DNA of 40,682 nucleotides, taken from the IMG/VR virus record IMGVR_UViG_3300045988_125212. One strand, given 5' to 3'. The first letter of the stretch is position 1. Each line of letters starts with the position of its first letter. The notes beneath the pieces were generated by a model. It was not told the origin of the DNA and did not search any database. It saw only the letters and a list, made by a program, of their open reading frames with translations. Source of the stretch: a virus. Below, one piece after another: positions 33,651-40,682 of the stretch. The position numbers and the translations under genes were made by a program.

Positions 33651-34073
33651 ATGGGAAGAACGCCAATATTGGATATGACTTATGATGAGTTCAAAGCTAA
33701 AACCATAGGATATACCAAACTTTATGGCAACAATCCAGACTTCGCTCCATCCCTCCCGAATTATGCCACTGAGCATATGGGGATTAGTGAGGCTAAGATT
33801 CAGGAGATTATAAGGGAGGGAAAAGACTCTAAGAGTACATATTATAACCATGCCCAATTATTAATTTGGCTGATAGGATGGATGAGGGGCCAGATTTTTT
33901 CCTCCCCTGGATGGGAGAAAAGAACTGCAGCCGAAAAAATATTCGCGCTTAAACAATTGAAGGGTGATGGAATTGTGTACTCCGATGGCTTTGATGATAA
34001 GAAGAACGGATCACCCAAAATTACCATCAACTTTGGCGCTGGCGATAAGCGAGGAGGCGGGGCATTCGGCTGA
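33651..34073 (+). CDS. terS: Terminase small subunit candidate
   Basis: RBS GAGAGAGGTGAG upstream. PSLPNYATEHMGISEAKIQEI...AAEKIFALKQLKGDG resembles the recalled Firmicutes TerS pattern. Lies upstream of terL. Confidence 0.55.
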   Translation: MGRTPILDMTYDEFKAKTIGYTKLYGNNPDFAPSLPNYATEHMGISEAKIQEIIREGKDSKSTYYNHAQLLIWLIGWMRGQIFSSPGWEKRTAAEKIFALKQLKGDGIVYSDGFDDKKNGSPKITINFGAGDKRGGGAFG

Positions 34074-34676
34074 TTTTCGGCGAAGGCCACAAAATCTTAT
34101 TTTTGTTGCGTTGTAGTGGGCATTAAATGCATGCAGGATGATTCTCTAGGCGGAAGAGCCTGCAAATAGTGCTTTTTCTGGATGGATCTATTAGGTGTCC
34201 GCCCCTGGGAGGCATGGGCGGAGGGCCCGGGGGGCGATTATCTTCCCCTCCCGGGGGTGGGGTGGTTCCCTGGTGGATGCGTTATAATATATGCGGTATT
34301 ATTAATTATCATCGATGGGATGATGGGTAGTGGAAAAATGGGCGGACTCTCTGCGGAGGCGCGTAGATATATGCCACAGACGTGCCCGCATCGACTTGAT
34401 TGAGCGTCAACGACTCGTCTTGACTGCTGGGCCTTGTTCCCCCTGGGGCCTAGCATTGAGGACGGGAGGTTGCGGGAGTGGCGGCGAACGGGGCCGCCAT
34501 TGACCTAGCACAGGAGGGGGTGCGGGGGGCAGAAAAAAGGGGGGTGTCCATTTTGGGGTTGCCCGCTGAAAAAACAAAATGGGAGTTCCTGGGGGCCGGT
34601 GGTTTCTTTTCCTCCTTTCCTTTCCACTGGGGACGGTTCGACTCCGTCCACTCCCTCACAAAAAATAGGTGATGTT
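34074..34676 (+). other. 603-bp ORF-free, GC- and G-tract-rich structured spacer with a tRNA-like 3' module
   Basis: T-arm GACGG-TTCGACT-CCGTC plus CACTCCC at 34632..34655. Complement GGGAGTG at 34474. G-tract block at 34516..34558. 23-nt pyrimidine run at 34603..34625. Confidence 0.5.
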
Positions 34677-36068
34677 ATGGCAAGAAAGAGCAGTGCAACC
34701 AACTCAGACGTTGCTATATATGACTTTGGGCGGCCTAATTCGGAACCGCAGTGGGCTTTTTTTGAGAGCCGGGTGAAGTACACCTGCTATGGCGGGGCCC
34801 GGGGAGGGGGAAAGAGCTGGGCCGTAACATCGAAAGCGGCAGGCGGGGCCTACCGGTGGCCCGGGATCCACATCCTGATTATCAGGCGGGAGTATGACGA
34901 GATGGAGAATACTCTCATAAGCCCAATCCTGAAGCTGCTCCCGAAAGATACGTATAAATACAACAAAAACTCAAAAATCATTGACTTTGCGAACGGGAGC
35001 CAGATTAAGTTCGGCAACATGCCTGGATACGGAGCCGCCGTGCAAGGAAAGTACCAGGGGCAAAGTTATGACTGGCTATTTATGGACGAGGCCACCAATT
35101 TCACCGAGGAGGAGTTCCGGGGATTGGCGGCTTGCGTCCGGGGCGTTAACGACATACCGAAGCGGATTTATCTCACCTGCAACCCTGGCGGCATTGGGCA
35201 CAATTGGGTCAAACGTCTGTTTATCGACCGGAAGTTCCGAGCCGGGGAGGACCCAGAAGAGTATCTGTTTATAAAGGCCACGGTGGACGACAATGTTGAC
35301 CTGATGAAAGCCAACCCGGACTACGTGAAGCAGCTGGATTTGCTGCCAGAGGACAAGCGCCGGGCTCACCGTTACGGGGACTGGAATGCCCTGGCGGGGA
35401 CATTCTTTGAAGAGTTTGAAGATGGACTACACAGTTGCAAGCCGTTTCCGATACCGCAAAACTGGGCGAGATACCGGGCTTTTGACTATGGCCTCGATAT
35501 GTTTTACTGCATATGGGTGGCGGTGGATGAGAGCGCCAGATGTTATGTCTACAGAGAATACCACAAGAGCCAAATGCTGGTGTCAGACGCAGCGGCCAAG
35601 CAACTTGAGTTAACCGGGCCGAACGAGAATATAGGGTTTTCGATAGCCCCGCCAGACATGTGGAGCCGAAGCCAGGACTCCGGGAAGACAAAGGCGTCAA
35701 CTTTTGCAGAATGCGGAGTCGGCCTGTTTCGGGCCTCCAACAATCGGGAACAGGGATGGTCAGCGCTTAAAGAGCTATTCAAGCTCCGTGACGATGGCCG
35801 CCCTGGGCTGATTATCTTCGATTCCTGCGCAGAGCTGATTGACTGCGTAAAGTCGGTGCAGCACGATGATAAGCATCCGAACGATGTGGCGAAGGAACCA
35901 CATTCAATCACCCATGGTCCGGATGCACTGAGATACTTTGCCCACACATACGTACTCCCCGGAGACAAAATGATGGGTGAGCGCGAAGAGGAGGATGAAG
36001 AGGGCGGAATGGACTACAGGAGTGTCATGTGCGGAGGGAAACCGACAAGAAGCTATATGGGATTTTGA
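34677..36068 (+). CDS. terL: Terminase large subunit
   Basis: ATG 34677 (MARKSS...). Walker A GGARGGGKS, Walker B WLFMDEA. NPGGIGHNWV motif. C-terminal nuclease motifs. Confidence 0.9.
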   Translation: MARKSSATNSDVAIYDFGRPNSEPQWAFFESRVKYTCYGGARGGGKSWAVTSKAAGGAYRWPGIHILIIRREYDEMENTLISPILKLLPKDTYKYNKNSKIIDFANGSQIKFGNMPGYGAAVQGKYQGQSYDWLFMDEATNFTEEEFRGLAACVRGVNDIPKRIYLTCNPGGIGHNWVKRLFIDRKFRAGEDPEEYLFIKATVDDNVDLMKANPDYVKQLDLLPEDKRRAHRYGDWNALAGTFFEEFEDGLHSCKPFPIPQNWARYRAFDYGLDMFYCIWVAVDESARCYVYREYHKSQMLVSDAAAKQLELTGPNENIGFSIAPPDMWSRSQDSGKTKASTFAECGVGLFRASNNREQGWSALKELFKLRDDGRPGLIIFDSCAELIDCVKSVQHDDKHPNDVAKEPHSITHGPDALRYFAHTYVLPGDKMMGEREEEDEEGGMDYRSVMCGGKPTRSYMGF

Positions 36069-36127
36069 ATCAACCGGGATACCATACCCGTTTGAATATG
36101 GCAAACCAGCCAGAGGAGGAATAGAAA

Positions 36128-37030
36128 ATGGACGGTTCTATGGAACAGAGTTATGACGGGTTCGCTGAATTCTCAGAAGGATTCTCCGAAGCCTCCGGCA
36201 ACCAGACCGGACAGGCAGACGAACCTTCCGCCAGCGGGTCAATCACCGAAGCAGACGCCCGCCAGGAGGCCGAGAACGGGCCGCCAGACGGAGAACAGCC
36301 TGCGGCTGGCGATCAAGGCCAGTGGCAAGAAGAAAAGCAGGACAGCGGCGAGTCTGGGCGCGAGAGCGGCAACCAGGGTGAGGGAGAAGAGCAGTTTTCG
36401 CTGAAGGTTAACGGGAACACATACCAAGTGCCCCGGGAGAAGATGACGGAGCTCGCTCAGAAGGGAATGGATTATGACAGGGTGCGGCAGCAGAGAGATG
36501 CAGCCAGGGCGTTCCAGCAAGAAAACGAGAGCACAATTGCATCGTTGAAGGCTCTGGCGGAGAGCGTGTCCCCCGGAATGACCATTTCCGACCTGATTGA
36601 CCGGATGCGGGTGAACATGCTGGTCGCGCAGGATGTTCCGGAAGCGGTGGCAACAGAGCGCGTGGCAAGGGAAAATGCCGAGCGGATGTTGCGCGAGAAG
36701 TCCGATGCTGAAAGCGCAGAGGCGACCAAGAAGGAGCGTGTGAACGCAGAAATCCGAGATTTCCAGGCAAAATATCCTGGAGTGGATGTCTCTGAGAGAG
36801 AAATCAGAGAGATGTCCGGCGACCTTGCCGCTGGTATGTCGTTTGTGGAGGCATACCAAAAGAGGCAGCTCCAGGAAAAAGAGTCCGCGCTTGAATCCTT
36901 GCGCCGTCAGCTGGAAGCTGAAAAGAAAAACAACCAGAACCGAGCGTCATCCCCGGGGAGCCAGTCAGATGCTGGTAGCCCCAAAACATCCAATGCGTTC
37001 GACGAATTCATAGGCGCATTCAATACGTAA
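36128..37030 (+). CDS. Scaffolding protein
   Basis: Acidic and coiled-coil rich. Directly upstream of the capsid gene. RBS GAGGAGGA. Confidence 0.65.
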   Translation: MDGSMEQSYDGFAEFSEGFSEASGNQTGQADEPSASGSITEADARQEAENGPPDGEQPAAGDQGQWQEEKQDSGESGRESGNQGEGEEQFSLKVNGNTYQVPREKMTELAQKGMDYDRVRQQRDAARAFQQENESTIASLKALAESVSPGMTISDLIDRMRVNMLVAQDVPEAVATERVARENAERMLREKSDAESAEATKKERVNAEIRDFQAKYPGVDVSEREIREMSGDLAAGMSFVEAYQKRQLQEKESALESLRRQLEAEKKNNQNRASSPGSQSDAGSPKTSNAFDEFIGAFNT

Positions 37031-37046
37031 GAAAGGATTTATTAAA

Positions 37047-38123
37047 ATGGCAAACACTATTCACTTGGGAGAAAAGTACCGTGAAGCATTGCTGGAAGGG
37101 TTCCGGGAAAAAAGCTACACGGAAAGTTCCTTCAGCCACGCCTTGGACCAGACCTTTTCTGGCGTCAGGACAGTTCACGTCATGAGCCTCAAAACCGAGC
37201 CTCTGCAGGACTACAACCGCAATGTGTCGGTTGGCAGCGGAAGCCGGTATGGGGAAACGACAGAAGTCGGAGACTTCGTTCAGACGTTCACCATGACCCA
37301 GGACAAGGCCCTGAGCCTTTCCGTGGACAAGGGTAACAACGCCGAGCAGTTCAACGTGAAAAAGGCTGGGGCCATTATGGCGGCGGAACGGGATGAGCAC
37401 ATTGTTCCGTACCTGGATAGGTACCGGCTGGAGAAGTGGGCAAAAGAAGCCGGTATCCACAAGTCGCTGTCTGCAGAGCCTACCAAGTCTAGCATCGTTT
37501 CTGAGATCATCGAGCTACACAACGAGATGATGGACGCGGGCGTACCCGCTTCCGGATGTACGCTTTTCATCCCGCGCAAATATGTCCCGGCCCTCAAGCT
37601 CTCCTCTGAGTGGACGGCGCTGGACAGCCTGGGCGGCAAGAGCCTGCCGACCGGTTCTATCGGGGAAGTGGATGGGCTCGCCGTGAAGCCGATCCCCACC
37701 TCCAGGTTCCCGTCCGGGGCTTACTTCATGATTCTGCACAAGGACGCCGTCATTGCCCCCATGAAGATCAACGACTTCAAAGGCCACACTGACCCTCCGG
37801 GCCTGTCCGGTGACCTGCTGGAGTTCCGAATGATGTTCGACGCGTTTGTCCTTGGCCCGAAGTGCAATGGCGTGGCCGTGGCGTGCGCAGCAAGTTCTGT
37901 TGCCGCCGCGCCCACCATCACCCTGTCCAGCGGAAATGCGACCCTGGCAAGCACCACAAGAGGAGCCGTCATGCTGTACACTACAGATGGGTCTGATCCC
38001 CGGTACAGCAAGGATGCGAAGACGTACACTGCCGCATTCCCCGCAGCTGCCGGGACAAGAATCCGTGCTGTGGCGACCCAAGACGGCATGTTTTCCAGCG
38101 ACCTGACAGAGAAGACTGCATAA
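37047..38123 (+). CDS. Major capsid protein with a C-terminal Ig/chitobiase-like module
   Basis: Position and size fit. The C-terminus LYTTDGSDPRYSKDAKTYTAAFPAAAGTRIRAVATQDGMFSS matches the recalled CHB_HEX_C-type motif. Confidence 0.7.
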   Translation: MANTIHLGEKYREALLEGFREKSYTESSFSHALDQTFSGVRTVHVMSLKTEPLQDYNRNVSVGSGSRYGETTEVGDFVQTFTMTQDKALSLSVDKGNNAEQFNVKKAGAIMAAERDEHIVPYLDRYRLEKWAKEAGIHKSLSAEPTKSSIVSEIIELHNEMMDAGVPASGCTLFIPRKYVPALKLSSEWTALDSLGGKSLPTGSIGEVDGLAVKPIPTSRFPSGAYFMILHKDAVIAPMKINDFKGHTDPPGLSGDLLEFRMMFDAFVLGPKCNGVAVACAASSVAAAPTITLSSGNATLASTTRGAVMLYTTDGSDPRYSKDAKTYTAAFPAAAGTRIRAVATQDGMFSSDLTEKTA

Positions 38124-38165
38124 CGTAGGGGGATCCCCCCTACGTTTCTGGAAGGAGGTACCAAT

Positions 38166-38489
38166 ATGTCTATTGCAATTTTGTCAGTAACCGTGCTGAC
38201 CCTGGCTGTGGTTGTAATTTCCTGCAAAAGACTTAATCGCACATGCAATCTCATATTGAGATGCATCGGTGAACTACAAGCCAATGATGCGCGTGAGACG
38301 TCCCAGCATACAGCAATCATTGCGCTGCTCCAGGGCTCGTCCGGGAATATCGATAAAATCTTGAATGAGCTTGAGGCACACGCAGAAACAACTGCACAGG
38401 TAAGCGGTGGGATTGCAAACCTGCTAGCATATGATCCGTTTGCCGCCCACAAGGCGGCCCAGGAGCGGCAAGGCGGTGGTAATAAGTGA
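38166..38489 (+). CDS. Small N-terminally membrane-anchored protein
   Basis: RBS GAAGGAGGT. Begins MSIAILSVTVLTLAVVVISC... Confidence 0.55.
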   Translation: MSIAILSVTVLTLAVVVISCKRLNRTCNLILRCIGELQANDARETSQHTAIIALLQGSSGNIDKILNELEAHAETTAQVSGGIANLLAYDPFAAHKAAQERQGGGNK

Positions 38490-40165
38490 AAACCAATAAG
38501 CCCTCCTTGCAAGACGTGTGGGACCGGTATGAGGACTCTAGCCGATTCAAGCGGTCTATCGGGCTATACGATACTGTGCGGGTTAACGAGAATTACTTTA
38601 TCGGTAACCAATGGGAGGACGTCCAGGCTAACGGACTCCCGACTCCTGTGTTCAACTTTCTGAAGCGGGTCACCCTGTTCCAGGTGGCAACCATCACCTC
38701 TGACAATATGGCAATTCAGGCGTCTCCTCTCCCGTCCACAAGCAGGATGACGCAAAAACAGGTTGACCAAATCACTGAGATTGTGAACCACCAGTTCGCA
38801 GCAATCTTTGAGCGGAACCGAATTGTAACTAAAATCCGGGAGTTTTTACGGAATGCCGCTGTAGACGGAGACGGATGCATGTACTTTTACTTCGACCCAT
38901 CTGTGGAAAATGGGCAGAACGTGAAGGGAGAAATATGCGCAGAAATCCTTGAGAATGTTCGAGTCCATTTTGGCAATCCGAATTGCCGGGACGTGCAGAA
39001 ACAACCTTGGATCATCCTCTCTAGACGGATGACGGTTGAGGACGCACAGTATACGGCAGAGCAAAACGGAGTGGAAGACGCGGAGGCCATAAAGGCAGAT
39101 GACGAGAACTTTGACAGCAAGTACGACCGGTATACGAAGGACAAAGTAACGGTCCTGACGCATTTCTACCGGAACCGGAAGGATGGACATATTTGGTGCA
39201 TTGAGTGCTGTAGGAACGTGGTTATCAGAGAGGCGTATGACACTGGCTATACCCTGTATCCGGTCATATGGCAATGTTGGGATTACATACCGGATTGCTA
39301 CCACGGACAGGCCCTGATTACCGGGCTCTTGCCCAACCAGAACTTTGTCAACAAGATTTTTGCCCTCACCGGAGTGTCCCTCCTCACCACGGCATTCCCA
39401 AAGGTGATTTACGACAAGAACCGGATCCGGAGCTGGGACGCAAGTGTTGGTTCTGCCGTTGGTGTTGCGGGTGGTGTAGATGGAGTTGCTACGATTCTCA
39501 ACCCGGCGTCTGTCAACCCACAGATTGCACAGTTTATCGAACTGGCCGTCTCTATGACACAGGAGTTTCTGGGCGCGTCCGAAGTGGCCATGGGAAACTC
39601 GAGACCAGACAATACGAGCGCCATTATTGCGCTTCAGAGGGCCGCCAATACCCCGATGGAACTCGTAAAGCAGAATCTATACCAAGCAGTGGAGGACATG
39701 GGTAGGATATTTATGGACATGATGTCCGCCAAATACGGCGAACGTTACGTTGAAACAAGCCTACCTATGGAGCAACCGGGGAAACAACCGCTTGGGATGA
39801 CGCTACAAAAGCAAACCTTTGTCGTTCCCTTTGATTTCTCGGTACTGAAGGAGATTCCCGTGTCTGTAAAACTGGACGTTGGCGCGTCTGCATACTGGTC
39901 TGAGGTTGCGTCCATGCAGACTTTGGACAATCTGCTTATGAACAATAGGATTACCATGCTGCAATACCTGGAGAGGTTGCCACAGGGGTATATCGCGAAG
40001 AAACAGGAGCTGATAGACGAGCTAACAGGTGCCGCACCTGTGGCAGGTGGTCCGGCAACCACATCGGATGGGGCGGAAACCCAAAATATTGATGAGATCC
40101 CTGTCCAGGGTGGGCCGGGGAACGGGGCCCTACAAAGAGCGTTGAATGAAACGGGGGTAGTGTGA
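38486..40165 (+). CDS. Portal protein
   Basis: GTG overlaps the upstream TGA. 559 aa. Contains the NENYFIGNQWEDV motif. Confidence 0.75.
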   Translation: MKTNKPSLQDVWDRYEDSSRFKRSIGLYDTVRVNENYFIGNQWEDVQANGLPTPVFNFLKRVTLFQVATITSDNMAIQASPLPSTSRMTQKQVDQITEIVNHQFAAIFERNRIVTKIREFLRNAAVDGDGCMYFYFDPSVENGQNVKGEICAEILENVRVHFGNPNCRDVQKQPWIILSRRMTVEDAQYTAEQNGVEDAEAIKADDENFDSKYDRYTKDKVTVLTHFYRNRKDGHIWCIECCRNVVIREAYDTGYTLYPVIWQCWDYIPDCYHGQALITGLLPNQNFVNKIFALTGVSLLTTAFPKVIYDKNRIRSWDASVGSAVGVAGGVDGVATILNPASVNPQIAQFIELAVSMTQEFLGASEVAMGNSRPDNTSAIIALQRAANTPMELVKQNLYQAVEDMGRIFMDMMSAKYGERYVETSLPMEQPGKQPLGMTLQKQTFVVPFDFSVLKEIPVSVKLDVGASAYWSEVASMQTLDNLLMNNRITMLQYLERLPQGYIAKKQELIDELTGAAPVAGGPATTSDGAETQNIDEIPVQGGPGNGALQRALNETGVV

Positions 40166-40166
40166 C

Positions 40167-40682
40167 ATGGCACTTAAAAGGATACAGGAATTTTCCAAGA
40201 ACGTTGCTGTCCACCAACAGCTTGGAGACAACCCGAACACGGATGACAATCTGTCGGCCAGTGAGTTAAAAGCGACATTTGACCGGCCCGCGGAGGATAT
40301 CAAAGAGTATGTGAACGGAACTTTGGTCCCGGCGATTCAGGAACTAGAGGAATATGGAGATTCCGTATCTGCTGACCTCTCCGACAAGGGCAAAGAAATT
40401 ACCAAAATCAAACAAGCCGTAATCGGAGCACAGGGGAGTGCGAATCAAGCTGCATTCAACGCGGCTCAGGCTGCAGGAATGGCTGAAGAGGCGGCATCTG
40501 CGAGCAGGGATGCCAGCGCAGCAGCAAGTGCGGCACAGACCGCAGCCGAGACTGCATCCACAGACGCGTCCATGGCGGCCTCGGATGCTGAAGCAGCGAC
40601 CCAGGCAGCGAGCGCAGCTCAAGCCGCAGCAGACCAGGCGAACGCCAACGCAGAGAGGGCTGCAGAGAGGGCCAAACAGGCC
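40167..40682 (+). CDS. Tail fibre protein, N-terminal part (continues at base 2)
   Basis: ATG 40167 lies 1 nt after the portal stop. No stop codon before the window end. Ala-rich coiled segment. Confidence 0.8.
   Translation, partial: MALKRIQEFSKNVAVHQQLGDNPNTDDNLSASELKATFDRPAEDIKEYVNGTLVPAIQELEEYGDSVSADLSDKGKEITKIKQAVIGAQGSANQAAFNAAQAAGMAEEAASASRDASAAASAAQTAAETASTDASMAASDAEAATQAASAAQAAADQANANAERAAERAKQA
40628..40682. repeat. Second copy of the 55-bp terminal overlap
   Basis: Identical to 1..55. Confidence 0.9.

Noticed and set aside
34474-34660. A canonical tRNA, suppressor tRNA (a CTA triplet at 34506) or tmRNA gene
   Set aside because: The acceptor and T-arm are good, but there is no anticodon stem in either register (starts at 34474 or 34581). 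The CTA triplet is preceded by C rather than U33. There is no G3:U70 pair, no A73 and no tag reading frame for a tmRNA. The interval is kept only as a tRNA-like or relic element.
34182-34672. ORFs of 64-92 aa in the terS-terL spacer on both strands
   Set aside because: Their Gly/Pro-rich low-complexity translations derive from G and C tracts. They have no RBSs and they overlap one another.
1-40682. CRISPR arrays, rRNA genes or canonical tRNA genes
   Set aside because: No regularly spaced direct repeats were seen, and no other GGTTCGA-type T-loops were noticed. This rests on visual scanning only, so a tRNAscan or CRISPR-finder run is still advisable.

Overview
This window is a complete, circularly closed temperate phage genome. 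The first 55 bp are identical to the last 55 bp, so the unique length is about 40,627 bp, and the tail-fibre gene reads in frame across the junction. Strong GGAGG-type ribosome-binding sites (RBSs) and several TTGACA-17-TAT(A/T)AT promoters suggest a moderately high-GC Firmicutes or Clostridia host; that is inference only.

Plus strand: late promoter, terS, a 603-bp ORF-free structured spacer, terL, scaffold, major capsid protein (MCP) with a C-terminal Ig/chitobiase-like module, a small membrane protein, portal, an 822-aa tail fibre that wraps the window ends, a small 51-aa ORF and a CBM5/12-like protein, then a lysis cassette (membrane protein, Hol44-like holin, DUF4406-like protein, amidase endolysin).

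Minus strand:
- an early operon of acidic or unknown proteins ending in an HTH-AP2 fusion
- an immunity region built from three ribbon-helix-helix (RHH) genes and GATATC operators, next to a tyrosine integrase and a probable attP
- a replication and recombination module: Sak4-like ATPase, PD-(D/E)XK nuclease, SSB, replisome organiser, DnaC-like loader, ASCH protein, Gp37/Gp68-like protein
- a second late operon with its own promoter: small proteins, RusA-like resolvase, T7 gp12-like nozzle protein, an inserted IS110-family element, a 354-aa repeat protein, and a 2303-aa polyvalent virion/ejection protein with a ParB-like domain

The most interesting points are the face-to-face promoter and RHH immunity architecture, the tRNA-like, G-tract-rich terS-terL spacer, the IS110 element with a long 3' non-coding tail (bridge-RNA candidate), a consensus promoter plus terminator mini-transcript beside attP, and the giant polyvalent protein.

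All family names are recalled from motifs read by eye. No database search was possible.
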